Source: a phage. Taken from it: DNA of 64,000 bases. The position numbers and the translations under genes are program-made. The notes beneath the pieces are model-generated. The model saw only the letters and a program-made list of their open reading frames with translations. It had not been told where the DNA came from and did not search any database. The stretch lies in sequence record PZ171032.1; one strand, 5' to 3'. Shown here in pieces: positions 17,494-27,109 of this stretch. Numbering within the stretch: the stretch's first letter is position 1; every line of letters starts with the position of its first letter.

Positions 17494-17960
17494 ATATGGA
17501 CTACAGCTACTGCGGGGAAGAAGTCCCTTTTAATTACAGCAATCTTACCACGAGCAATCCATATGAGACTCGCCACGGCACGCACATCATTGCCATCGAC
17601 TTTGATGGAACGTTTAATGCGAGCCCTTTCATCTTCTCCCGCCTGATCAGGGATCTGAAGAAGGAGGGGTGGACAGTCTACCTTGTGACTTTCCGATTCA
17701 TTACTCAAGACAATGTAGACATTGAGTATTGGCGCAAGGAGCTCGATGTTGGTGTGTTCTACACAGGTGGTGTTCAGAAGGCAGCCTACCTGGCGCAGTT
17801 TGATATCTACCCAGATATCTGGATTGATGATTCTCCGGCATGTATTCCGGCTAAGAATCAGTTAGAGTTTGCAATGAAGGAGATTGAGTATAAGTCTGAG
17901 GCTAAGCGGAACGGATGGCCCTTTATTATTGAAGATTACCCAGATCCTGAACCGGAGTAA
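17490..17960 (+). CDS. HAD-superfamily phosphatase-like protein
   Basis: HAD motif I 'IIAIDFDGT' and motif IV-like 'IWIDDSP'. Confidence 0.55.
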   Translation: MNMDYSYCGEEVPFNYSNLTTSNPYETRHGTHIIAIDFDGTFNASPFIFSRLIRDLKKEGWTVYLVTFRFITQDNVDIEYWRKELDVGVFYTGGVQKAAYLAQFDIYPDIWIDDSPACIPAKNQLEFAMKEIEYKSEAKRNGWPFIIEDYPDPEPE

Positions 17961-17965
17961 GAGCC

Positions 17966-18136
17966 ATGAGGCGAAGATATCATTACCTGATGTGGAAGTT
18001 ATATCAAAATGCTGCCAAAGCCTATCATACCATGTTTGGCAATGACGATCACTACATCATGTTACATCTCACCGCTATTGAGCATCACAATGAGTGGATT
18101 CATGCAATCGTGGCAGGTGATAAAGACTTTAAGTAA
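17966..18136 (+). CDS. small hypothetical protein (not in the ORF track, below 60 aa)
   Basis: 56-codon ORF MRRRYHYLMWKLYQ... with GGAGTAAGAG Shine-Dalgarno; fills an otherwise empty 226-nt gap. Confidence 0.3.
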   Translation: MRRRYHYLMWKLYQNAAKAYHTMFGNDDHYIMLHLTAIEHHNEWIHAIVAGDKDFK

Positions 18137-18186
18137 AGTATACCTCAAAAACGTATAGTGCGGCTTTCTAGACGGAGACTGATTAA

Positions 18187-18567
18187 ATGTGCAAGTGTAA
18201 ATCCTATAATTGGAAAGTGAAAGGTGCCAATCATCCAAATGTTATCGTTGATGTGCCTAAAAATCTTCGTGACGGCAAAAAACGTGTGTGCCTTGATAAG
18301 TGTATGGCTAAGCCTATCATGAGTTTGTGGGCAGCAGGTTTGAAAACGCTAAACTGCTGCTGTGGTCATAACAAAGATATTCCAAGCATCATTATCCCAG
18401 AAGATGCAGATCCTAAAGCTTATGCCAAAATACTGACCCGCTATCCCAGCACCTTCCTGATCGGAAAATGGTGTCACGATGAACTCCAATGGTGGATAGC
18501 CTATGGTAGTATAGGCACTACTTTTGGCTTCCCAGCTTTGTCAGAGCGCTATGTCAAAGTGTCATAA
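18187..18567 (+). CDS. Cys-rich hypothetical protein
   Basis: 126-aa ORF with CKCK...C..KC...NCCCGH cysteine cluster; GGAGACTG Shine-Dalgarno. Confidence 0.55.
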   Translation: MCKCKSYNWKVKGANHPNVIVDVPKNLRDGKKRVCLDKCMAKPIMSLWAAGLKTLNCCCGHNKDIPSIIIPEDADPKAYAKILTRYPSTFLIGKWCHDELQWWIAYGSIGTTFGFPALSERYVKVS

Positions 18568-18576
18568 TAGAATTTA

Positions 18577-18594
18577 AGGCCTCAAACGAGGCCT
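18577..18594 (+). terminator. weak terminator-like hairpin
   Basis: aggcctc-aaac-gaggcct 7-bp stem; the downstream U-run is poor. Confidence 0.3.
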
Positions 18595-18671
18595 GTGCCT
18601 TCATAAATTTCCCCACCCTGTGCGATTGCCTTCCTGAATAAAATACCCTCTCAGATCTCTTAAAATTAAGC

Positions 18672-18700
18672 TTGACACCACCACCAGATCTATATATAAT
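18672..18700 (+). promoter_or_regulatory. consensus sigma70 promoter
   Basis: -35 TTGACA at 18672-18677, exactly 17-bp spacer, -10 TATAAT at 18695-18700; followed by GAGGAG Shine-Dalgarno and the ATG at 18733. Confidence 0.65.
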
Positions 18701-18732
18701 TCTCACCAACCAACCAAACAGAGGAGATCGTC

Positions 18733-19140
18733 ATGGATAATCTTGCAGATGTAAATGTCGAAATTGTTAAACTAAAGTTCTTGGGCTTTCGGGACCCTTA
18801 TTCTTTAACAGCCATACTAATGGATACTCACTTCACACCAGGTAAAGAGTACACTGCCTTCCGTTATATTTGCGGAGATCACGAATCAGCTTACAGTGTG
18901 AATACAAACCTCGGCGAGGGATATTTCATCAGAGATATCACAGATCACTTGTGGGGCATGTGGGAGTTGGTGGAGGAAGAGAATAAATCCCTTCCTAAAG
19001 AGATTTGGGTGCACACCTTCCACACAGGTAAGTTTGGAGGTACGGAACATAAGTCTATCCACTATGATGAAGAAAGTGCCATCAAACAACAAGCTGTGCT
19101 TGGTGGATCTATAGAAAAATTTGTTAAATGCGAGGACTGA
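18733..19140 (+). CDS. hypothetical protein
   Basis: 135-aa ORF directly downstream of the consensus promoter. Confidence 0.6.
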   Translation: MDNLADVNVEIVKLKFLGFRDPYSLTAILMDTHFTPGKEYTAFRYICGDHESAYSVNTNLGEGYFIRDITDHLWGMWELVEEENKSLPKEIWVHTFHTGKFGGTEHKSIHYDEESAIKQQAVLGGSIEKFVKCED

Positions 19141-19143
19141 GAA

Positions 19144-19344
19144 ATGGCTGATTTTTGTAAAGATTGCTCTGAAGAGTTGTTTGGCTTTGACTGCAAAGAT
19201 TTGGAAGGTCTGATCACTGAGGATCAGTGGAAGGAAGGCTATGCAGCACCTGTTATTTGTGAAGGTTGTGGCTATACCTATGTTGACCATAAAGGTAAGC
19301 GCGTCAAGCCGTCTGAAGATGGGGCATGTTGGGAGTATTACTAA
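19144..19344 (+). CDS. small zinc-ribbon-like protein
   Basis: 66 aa with two CxxC pairs (CKDC, CEGC); 'WKEGYAAPVICEGC' motif shared with the 106..588 product. Confidence 0.5.
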   Translation: MADFCKDCSEELFGFDCKDLEGLITEDQWKEGYAAPVICEGCGYTYVDHKGKRVKPSEDGACWEYY

Positions 19345-19357
19345 CTATAAAAAGAAA

Positions 19358-19373
19358 GGGGCCGTTTGGCCCC
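19358..19373. terminator. bidirectional rho-independent terminator at the convergence point
   Basis: ggggcc-gttt-ggcccc hairpin flanked by AAAGAAA upstream and TTTTTATTT downstream, so a U-run follows it on both strands. Confidence 0.65.
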
Positions 19374-19391
19374 TTTTTATTTACCCCCTTG

Positions 19392-22300
19392 TTAACGAGA
19401 AAAGGTTGCGTAGGCTTCTAGACGATACTGCTGGTCACCAGGGAACATAACACCTATAGAGGCTGTCCCTAGAATCCTGCCTTCCTTTCCAGACTCCATT
19501 CTGAACCCTACCCATCCTGAACTCCTTGCAGCCTCGATGTTGTCGCTATACCCGAAAGTGGCAAGATCGTCAACACCAGCCCCAAACAGCAACTGAAGCT
19601 GACTTCTCGGAAGCCCTATAATTTCAGGAATATACGCACCAAAGTACACCATCTGCCCTACCTTAGGACCGCTGCCGTACTCCATCGGTTTGCTTGTAGA
19701 GAAAGTCTTCATACCAGAAGTACCTGCCGGATTAGGGTATGCCCCGTTTGTTGCTGTACCTATCCACATTCTCCACTGTGGTGCCATCTGTTTGACAGTA
19801 AAAGATGTTGAAGACGTTTTGCGCCCTGCATCATCTGTAACTACAAACTTTATGGTGACATTCCCAGTAGCTTTAAATGTTACCAGTCCTGTGGTGGCAT
19901 CCACTGTTGCAATGTTGGTATTACTACTTTCCCAAGTCTTTCTAATCCCGGATACGTTGGAAGGGGTAATAGAAGGTTCCTGCATCTGCAGTTTACCGCC
20001 CACAATCCCTATGCCGTTGCCAGGATTATACAGTGCACCAACCTCGTCTATAATGTTCCCTGCTTTGAGACTATACTTCCTTGAGAAATTGTAGGTTCCG
20101 TTATAAGTGTGTGTCCCTGAGAAGGTGACATCTGCCTTCCCGTAAGAGATGCAAACCAACGCATACTTCCTGTCAGGCAACGTTTCTCCAGTCTCTGGGT
20201 GAGTTTTACCTACCTGGAACACACTCGGGTCAGTAGAGTCGTGACTATCACTAACGGAGCTTGGACCGCCCATCAACTGTGACAAACAATTCCTTACCCA
20301 TGTCCAGTTATTATCGCTGGAGAAGTCCACAGTCAAATCAAACACAACCCACTCATTTGGCTTCCACACAGGTGTTGTAATGGACTTGCCTACACCACCT
20401 CCTTGGAGTGTTGCCGACTGTTCAGTGATCAGGGCCGCATAGGCCAGAGTTCCTAAACTCAGAGTCTGGCTTGCTGTCCTCACTACCTTAGAATCAGCAT
20501 CTGTGAAGTTGTTGATGATTTGGAATGTGCCATAAGTGTTTTTACAGGTAATTCTGGCGTTCAGTGTGTCAATCTTCCTCACATCTGCCATAGCAGTGTT
20601 AGACACAGAGAAGTCAGAAGCTTTAGCTGAGTTTGCCGCAACAGCAGGATCAACGTTAAGAGTTGCGTTGAACTGACAAGCAGGAGTAACCAGTAGCTTG
20701 TTATCACCTATTTGCTTCCATGAAACACTTTGAACAGGGAGATTCCATTTAATACCTGAGAAAACCTTAGCAACCCTTGGCCCCAAAGCTCCAGTCCTGT
20801 TGTCTTTACAGCACATAGACATGGTGATCGTTGACGGAGTGGCCTGACCAAATAATTGCTGTGCTTTTGCAGAGGACATAGTGTAGAAATTGTCCTTAAC
20901 AAACTCATCAGCAGCTAAAGATCCATCAGCTCTCCACCACTGAACCTGATACCCTGTTTTGTCCCAACCACCGACCTGCTTCAAGTCCTCCCAGGAGATT
21001 TCCAGATCCCCGGTGGTAGGATTGATTGCAGCAGTTCCTGGTGTTCCAGATGACCATATTGGAATATCGAACCACGCTGGTTTAACCGACTGCACTGCGC
21101 TGGGACCTATTGCGGCAGCAAGTTGCTGGCCCATCAATACGCGAGCATCTTTCACCAGACCCCACTCAATCATAGACCCAGAGTAACCTTCTTTCTTGTA
21201 GGCTGAGGATCCGTTCAAATGGATGAGTCGGCTTGTGCCAAAGTTATGTGCTCCACCACCGTTGTCGTCTGCAAAATTGGTTATGATTCTGTCCCTGATA
21301 TTTTTCCATGCCCTGCCTCCAATCTCGTAGTCATGGTCATAACATCTTTGCAGTGTTGTCCAGCAAATGATCGCCATCCTTCTACCATTGCTGAAGCCAA
21401 AGGCCTGATCGTTAAGCTCTCTCCACAAGTAGCAGTTGGTGGTCCACATGGCCCTATGAATGTTAAACCAGTTTATAGATTTGGCTGAGTTGTTCCACTG
21501 AGTCCCAGGTAATTCAGGCCATACTGCATTAACCAGCATGTCTTCTGTTCCTGCATCAACCAGGAACCCTCTCACCTTCTTACCCATGCCTACCCTATCT
21601 TTTGCAATCCAACTGCCAAACAATCTCAGTTTTGGACCGTAGACAACATCTTCCGGATGCTCAAAAGAAATATATTTTAGGTATATTGTAGGGTCACCAT
21701 AGGTGCCATCACAAACAGCTTTGTGCATGTTCTCACCAAGGTCTAGACGAAGTCCTGTTACAACTCTAGACGTGTCGGTGAATTTGTCTGTTAAATCAAA
21801 CTCATACCACCACCAACCTGCACCCAACAATACTTTCTTACAACGCTGTGCATCTGTATCAGATATTCTCTTATCGCCTGCAAAAGGTGAGTCAGCAAAC
21901 TGATAGTGCAGAGCAACCTCAAAAGGATGTGTGGATGTCCCGTTTTCTGCAAGAACTTGTTTACCTATCAGGTCGCACTTAATGATCATCACAACACGTT
22001 TGTATCCGTTTGTTACCGGAATTTGCATGGACATGGATGTCCCATCCATGTTTGATCTCAGTGCAGTCATGATGATATAAGGGTCAACGGCATTGCCCAA
22101 AGTCTCAGGACCGGGGATTATCTTATACTTCTTGACCTGCCCCATGATGTAGTCACTTGCGTAAGTTGCCTCATTCAAGCAAGATCCTCCACCAGGTAAC
22201 TCACCAGGTCCCCAGAAAAATGCGCCGTAACAGTTGTAGAACCACTTGTTAGGATCGTATTTATTCTTGAAGGTCTGAACCTCGTTGGCCTGTTTTGTCA

Positions 22301-25028
22301 AGAAAACCTGCGTGTCTGTGAAGATTGCAGGGTTTACTCTCGCCTGTCTTGGAGGGTAACCTGTAGTTTGGTTAAACCACAAATTACAAGAGTAATCCCT
22401 CATATAGTCATAATCAGAGTATTTGTTTACATCTTCGTTCCAACACATGTTTAGGTTGGTACCGCCCATGCATACAATATATTCTGCGACATACTTATCA
22501 CTTCTGGTAGGAATACCTATGAACCATCTGTTAACAGGCTCATCCCAAGCTGTGCGCTCATCTTTAACGCAGATAGCAATCCAGTCATGTGTTCCTGTTT
22601 TCTTGCACACATCTCGCTTCATACCATAGTAGAACTCTTTAGTATTCGGCTCAGGTGCATTTATCAGGTAACTCCATGCCTGATTTGCATAAGTTCCATT
22701 GGTGCGTGGATCATGATCAAAGGCATACATGATGATCCTTTCCCCACCAAGATGTTCGCCAAGAGTAACTTTGACATTCACATCGCCGTAACCATTGCGA
22801 ACAACATCCATATTGTCAATAGAGATGCCTCTGGGAGTGTAGGCAATCTTCAGCGAGTTATCCTCACTAGTGCCACCAAGTGTAATCCCTATGTTGTTTG
22901 TTGTCCCGTCGGCATATCTTACTGTGGCTTCCCAGCGTATTCCGAAATATCCTGCATCATGGCTAACAATTTTCAGTGTACGAGCACCAGAGTTAGGTTT
23001 TCCAGGATCAGGCCAAGGATTTGGATGTTCATGGACAGTCAACGATGTCCCGTTTTGCTCGTTGACCTGCAACATTTTACCGCCTCTGCCGTTAGGGTTG
23101 AACTCCCACAAGGCTTGTGTTTTCACAATATTGTCATACGTGGTACGTCTCTGATCGTAGATCTCCTGAGTCACATCGTAGGTTACAGACCCGGCATCCA
23201 TTCTATGGAGTCGTACTATATACGATGTATCGCCTTCTACAGCAGGTTGAGCTGCGTTAAGCCCGAAGTATACAGTATCGTTGACATGGAACTGTTTGTT
23301 TCTACCGACAGTATGCCACTTGCCGTTGGACGGGTACGCTGGGACGATAGTGTTCCAGTTCAAAGTCCTTGTTGTGTGGGTTCTGCCTGTGCCATGTTTG
23401 TCATGATAGGTTATTTTTACAGAGTACAGTCCACGTCTGTTAACATTTCTGTTATATTGGGTAACAACAACTTCGTTGGCCCCGCCGTGGTTCCAGTTGG
23501 TGGAGAATTGGTAATTTGCATCTGTAACAACCGTGCCTGCAGCATTTACCAGTTCAATCTTGTCAATAATGAACGTAGCCCCCTCTGGCTGAGGCTTCAA
23601 TTTCATCTTGACCGTGTCACCAATGTAAATATTGCTAACGCTGCTAACACCGTTAACTTCGAAAATATAATCAACACCCCAACTGTCTACTGGGACATTT
23701 TTATACCAATTCTCAGGAACCTCTGTGAACCCCTGGCTATTAAGTCTGCCGCCAAACAGGTTGTTAGATCCTGCAAAACTTCCCCTTGGGATGCCTGACC
23801 ACCAAAGTTTACCATTAACAACAGTAAAGGTTCCTAAGAAACCTTCTCTGTGGATGCCTTGGAAATAAACACTCTCTGTCCAGCTAACTGGCAGGCGTTG
23901 CTCAACATATTTAGCTGTAGCAAGAGCTTGATAGTGGATAAAATTAGCCCTAGGGCTATTGTTTGCAGATTGTGCACCAATATCATTACACAAGTTGCGA
24001 GAGAATCCACGATACTGTTTAGTGCCATTATTGAAGAAAATGCCACTTGTGCCATATCCACGAGCCATTATCACCTCATGGGTGTAGGTGATATTTAAGG
24101 AACGCCATGTGTCATCTCCCCAGACGTCTTGCCCGTAGAATACGTTAACAAGCTGCTGGTCATTGGGTTTGTGCATCCTCTGTGTGGCAATTATTGCCCC
24201 GTTAGGGCCACACATAAACCCTTTCCACTCCTCATCTGCAGGAATGCCCCTCAAATCGTTACGAGTAATCTGCACAGGGGGCCAAACAAGGTCGTTTCTA
24301 CTGTTATTTCTCAGAAAGTCGTATCCAGCAATCCAGAAACCCCTAGGACCACCGAAAATAACAGAGTTGTCATGCACCTCACAGTTGATGCTTGGGTTTT
24401 TCCAAGGGCCTGTTTCAGGATTTTCCGATGTCTCACCAATCTTTACAGGGGTTGCATGCTGATTTTTATCTACATGCAAAGATCCGTAGGTGTTGTTACC
24501 AGATCCATACAGGTTAAGTATGCCAGTACCTTCTGCCTCTGCAATAACCCAGACAGTGTTGTTAATACCGCCCATCACCTCAATAAGGCGTTCTGGGTGG
24601 GTGTCAAGGTGCAATCCTTTAACAATCTGCTCTGGGAGTGGTGTCCACTCGTTTACGCAAACATCATTACCGCCTGCCGCAGTGGATCCGATAAGACCTG
24701 CAGTGCAGCCGATGTAGAAAAACTGGTTATCAAAAGTCCGGATCACAAACGCGCGGTCTGCTCTCCACACATGATCAACATTCCAGGCTGTTTCGCTCGG
24801 ATAGTTTATAGGGCTACGATCCCCAGTGCGGCACTCTCCGAACTTGTTATAGCCAGTAATATTAAGCTGACCATCATCAAAAAGTATAGCTAAGCTATTT
24901 ACATAGGATACTGTGTTGCTTGTACCATCACTGTTGTCTATTGGGTATGACAGAACAGCAAGTTCCTTAATTCCACCCCTCTTATCGAGGAAATGACGAC
25001 CAAGTTTTAGCAAAGGGATTGGAAGCAT
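19392..25028 (-). CDS. giant virion-associated protein (1878 aa), probable tail fiber/tailspike with RCC1-like N-terminal repeats
   Basis: Largest ORF in the window, at the distal end of the fiber cluster; N-terminus has RCC1-like repeat signatures ('ILFDDGQLNITGYNKFGE', 'VWVIAEAEGTGILNLYGSGNNTYG'); Trp/Tyr/Asn-rich. Confidence 0.6.
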   Translation of the reverse strand: MLPIPLLKLGRHFLDKRGGIKELAVLSYPIDNSDGTSNTVSYVNSLAILFDDGQLNITGYNKFGECRTGDRSPINYPSETAWNVDHVWRADRAFVIRTFDNQFFYIGCTAGLIGSTAAGGNDVCVNEWTPLPEQIVKGLHLDTHPERLIEVMGGINNTVWVIAEAEGTGILNLYGSGNNTYGSLHVDKNQHATPVKIGETSENPETGPWKNPSINCEVHDNSVIFGGPRGFWIAGYDFLRNNSRNDLVWPPVQITRNDLRGIPADEEWKGFMCGPNGAIIATQRMHKPNDQQLVNVFYGQDVWGDDTWRSLNITYTHEVIMARGYGTSGIFFNNGTKQYRGFSRNLCNDIGAQSANNSPRANFIHYQALATAKYVEQRLPVSWTESVYFQGIHREGFLGTFTVVNGKLWWSGIPRGSFAGSNNLFGGRLNSQGFTEVPENWYKNVPVDSWGVDYIFEVNGVSSVSNIYIGDTVKMKLKPQPEGATFIIDKIELVNAAGTVVTDANYQFSTNWNHGGANEVVVTQYNRNVNRRGLYSVKITYHDKHGTGRTHTTRTLNWNTIVPAYPSNGKWHTVGRNKQFHVNDTVYFGLNAAQPAVEGDTSYIVRLHRMDAGSVTYDVTQEIYDQRRTTYDNIVKTQALWEFNPNGRGGKMLQVNEQNGTSLTVHEHPNPWPDPGKPNSGARTLKIVSHDAGYFGIRWEATVRYADGTTNNIGITLGGTSEDNSLKIAYTPRGISIDNMDVVRNGYGDVNVKVTLGEHLGGERIIMYAFDHDPRTNGTYANQAWSYLINAPEPNTKEFYYGMKRDVCKKTGTHDWIAICVKDERTAWDEPVNRWFIGIPTRSDKYVAEYIVCMGGTNLNMCWNEDVNKYSDYDYMRDYSCNLWFNQTTGYPPRQARVNPAIFTDTQVFLTKQANEVQTFKNKYDPNKWFYNCYGAFFWGPGELPGGGSCLNEATYASDYIMGQVKKYKIIPGPETLGNAVDPYIIMTALRSNMDGTSMSMQIPVTNGYKRVVMIIKCDLIGKQVLAENGTSTHPFEVALHYQFADSPFAGDKRISDTDAQRCKKVLLGAGWWWYEFDLTDKFTDTSRVVTGLRLDLGENMHKAVCDGTYGDPTIYLKYISFEHPEDVVYGPKLRLFGSWIAKDRVGMGKKVRGFLVDAGTEDMLVNAVWPELPGTQWNNSAKSINWFNIHRAMWTTNCYLWRELNDQAFGFSNGRRMAIICWTTLQRCYDHDYEIGGRAWKNIRDRIITNFADDNGGGAHNFGTSRLIHLNGSSAYKKEGYSGSMIEWGLVKDARVLMGQQLAAAIGPSAVQSVKPAWFDIPIWSSGTPGTAAINPTTGDLEISWEDLKQVGGWDKTGYQVQWWRADGSLAADEFVKDNFYTMSSAKAQQLFGQATPSTITMSMCCKDNRTGALGPRVAKVFSGIKWNLPVQSVSWKQIGDNKLLVTPACQFNATLNVDPAVAANSAKASDFSVSNTAMADVRKIDTLNARITCKNTYGTFQIINNFTDADSKVVRTASQTLSLGTLAYAALITEQSATLQGGGVGKSITTPVWKPNEWVVFDLTVDFSSDNNWTWVRNCLSQLMGGPSSVSDSHDSTDPSVFQVGKTHPETGETLPDRKYALVCISYGKADVTFSGTHTYNGTYNFSRKYSLKAGNIIDEVGALYNPGNGIGIVGGKLQMQEPSITPSNVSGIRKTWESSNTNIATVDATTGLVTFKATGNVTIKFVVTDDAGRKTSSTSFTVKQMAPQWRMWIGTATNGAYPNPAGTSGMKTFSTSKPMEYGSGPKVGQMVYFGAYIPEIIGLPRSQLQLLFGAGVDDLATFGYSDNIEAARSSGWVGFRMESGKEGRILGTASIGVMFPGDQQYRLEAYATFSR

Positions 25029-25047
25029 TGTGTTCTCCAGATAAGAA

Positions 25048-25069
25048 AACCGCCCCGTCAGGAGCGGTT
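25048..25069 (-). terminator. weak terminator-like hairpin
   Basis: aaccgc / gcggtt stem with a 10-nt loop; U-rich tract follows on the minus strand. Confidence 0.25.
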
Positions 25070-25076
25070 AGATATA

Positions 25077-26822
25077 TTAACGTTGTGCAATTACTACGTC
25101 TACAATATCACCAACACCACAATATGTTAATTGCAGCAGGGTAACACTGTTAGCCTTGTTGTTAATAACAGGTGTTGCCGACAGGATAGCATACTTATCG
25201 TGCAAAGTCACGTTGTGACCTACAGCATCCTGAATGACATAGATAACTGCAGTGAATGGATAAGGTTTATCTTCCGCTGATGTCCCAGGCCACTGCCCTA
25301 TTGTAAAATCCCCTTTAGCGTGGACAACATACATACTGGCCTGCCCGTTAGGTGTCCATGTCCCACTAGATGCGTCAACCTCCTCTAAGTCAAAGTCTAC
25401 TTTTCCTGCATGGAAAGAAGGGGCGGTGATAGTTTTACCTGCCTCGATCTCTTGTGAGGTGGTTATCTTGCCACTAGAGTTGATACCATTACAGACAAAG
25501 TTAACATTAGAGAAATCTGGCAACCACCCTGTCACTGTGCCAGAAATCTCAAGGTTATGCAGGCGTGTTGTTCCTGTGCCGTTGTCATTTAAGCTAACAT
25601 CACCATTTACCTGCAAGTTTCTGGTAACGTTGCAGTTTTCAGAGTTTGCAGTTGTTGCAGTTAAAGTGGTTGTTGTCAGCTCGGTAATTATGCCTTTGTT
25701 GGCTGTAAGACCTTCCCCTTCAAAAGTTGCACGCTCATTGACTCTCAGGGTATTCAGAGCTATGTTTTGGATAGAGGCTGTACCTCGAATAACTACAGAC
25801 CCGCCAACCTCTAAATCGCCATTTACCAATGCATCGCCCGTGCTTTCAATGTAGCTAGGGTAGATCATGGTGCCATCGACAGAGTAGGTTATCCCTGTAA
25901 CGGTGCCTGTCACCTCAAGGTTCTTAACCCTAGCGGTCCCATCGACCTGCAATGTCGGTTCGGTTGCTGCCTTCATGGCATTGCCACGAATGTACACGTA
26001 GTCAAAAAAGTTATTACCCAGACCATCAAAATGCACATCGTTATTATTAGCCACTGGTTTCCCAGAAGTTATAGTGTCAGCTATAATCCTGTGGGTGGAC
26101 ACTTCATGAGGTTGCAGCTCTGTGCTTCTCCAGTCTGCATGCTTAGGATCGCTCCACGCAAAAGTAAGTGTAGAAGTATTTGCCGTGAGGATCAGGTTCC
26201 TGAAGCGTGCATTGGAATCTGCTCCATTAACAGGCCCATGTAAGGTAAGTGTGCCCCCAACTATGGTGTTGGCAAGTTCTGTAAGACCTTTTACCACCAA
26301 AGACCCTACAGTAACTTTCATCCCCTCCATGGCTTTAAATATACTATCTACATAGTCAACAACAAACTCTGTGTTTGCTATAGACTCAGACTTATCGTCC
26401 ATTGGAGGAGTAGGTACTCGCGGGTCACCTTCGAACCTTGGGCTGTTAAGTTTTGCGTAGTATTTTGCCATTACTGCAGAGTCGGTGTATAATCTCCAGT
26501 TTGGAGATTGTGAAGGATCTGCTGGCATTCTAACCGGGTTAGATTTTGATGCTGCGGGAGCGTACCACCACTGAGGGCCTGTGTCCCCTTTAAACTCATA
26601 CAACTGGTTAAAAACTGTTGTGGATGCACCATACGCCCAAGGGATTGGTGGCGTTTTAAAATAAAGGGTGTCAAGCATGGCTTTTCGTACCGTAGGGATA
26701 GTGGTCCCATCCTCTACGACAACTTCATCCACAGCGTTACCGTTGACAATCAAGTGCAAACGTTCAGAATCAACAATTACTTGATCTACCGCCTGCTCGA
26801 AGCTTGTCATGTCTTGCGCCAT
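25077..26822 (-). CDS. tail fiber/tailspike-like protein
   Basis: 581 aa, Thr/Asn/Gly/Val-rich repetitive beta-strand-like sequence ('NLEVTGTVTGITYS', 'LEISGTVTGW'); located in the fiber cluster. Confidence 0.5.
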   Translation of the reverse strand: MAQDMTSFEQAVDQVIVDSERLHLIVNGNAVDEVVVEDGTTIPTVRKAMLDTLYFKTPPIPWAYGASTTVFNQLYEFKGDTGPQWWYAPAASKSNPVRMPADPSQSPNWRLYTDSAVMAKYYAKLNSPRFEGDPRVPTPPMDDKSESIANTEFVVDYVDSIFKAMEGMKVTVGSLVVKGLTELANTIVGGTLTLHGPVNGADSNARFRNLILTANTSTLTFAWSDPKHADWRSTELQPHEVSTHRIIADTITSGKPVANNNDVHFDGLGNNFFDYVYIRGNAMKAATEPTLQVDGTARVKNLEVTGTVTGITYSVDGTMIYPSYIESTGDALVNGDLEVGGSVVIRGTASIQNIALNTLRVNERATFEGEGLTANKGIITELTTTTLTATTANSENCNVTRNLQVNGDVSLNDNGTGTTRLHNLEISGTVTGWLPDFSNVNFVCNGINSSGKITTSQEIEAGKTITAPSFHAGKVDFDLEEVDASSGTWTPNGQASMYVVHAKGDFTIGQWPGTSAEDKPYPFTAVIYVIQDAVGHNVTLHDKYAILSATPVINNKANSVTLLQLTYCGVGDIVDVVIAQR

Positions 26823-26831
26823 GATTTCTCC

Positions 26832-27098
26832 TTAAGCTTTTTGCTCTTCGTTTTTAACGTGGTCAGGGTGCTGGCAACCCCACCGGAGCGAGATGAATTT
26901 GCTAATAAGCTGGGGGCAGGCTACTGAAGGTGCATATATCCACGCATACCATTCAGGAAGCGTATCATTATACCCCATATGAATAAACACCCCAGTCATC
27001 ACCGCCATGCCTATGTTCGACCATAGCTTAGATTGGGATACTTTCGTAGGGTCATCAGATGCCGCAACCAGTCCCCATAAAAACTGAGTTAGTTTCAT
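26832..27098 (-). CDS. small membrane protein (holin-like topology)
   Basis: 88 aa with 2-3 hydrophobic segments ('FLWGLVAA', 'IGMAVMTGVFIHMGY', 'WYAWIYAPSVA') and a charged C-terminus; directly downstream of a fiber gene. Confidence 0.45.
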   Translation of the reverse strand: MKLTQFLWGLVAASDDPTKVSQSKLWSNIGMAVMTGVFIHMGYNDTLPEWYAWIYAPSVACPQLISKFISLRWGCQHPDHVKNEEQKA

Positions 27099-27109
27099 TT
27101 ACCCTCTTT

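Noticed and set aside
22587-23798. 403-aa plus-strand ORF (and 24129..24893, 254 aa) inside the giant minus-strand gene
   Set aside because: Entirely antisense to a long coherent structural gene, with no ribosome-binding site and an odd Cys-rich, low-complexity translation; these are typical spurious antisense ORFs. The same applies to the other plus-strand track ORFs between 19690 and 62032 and the minus-strand ORFs inside plus-strand genes such as 13890..14378.
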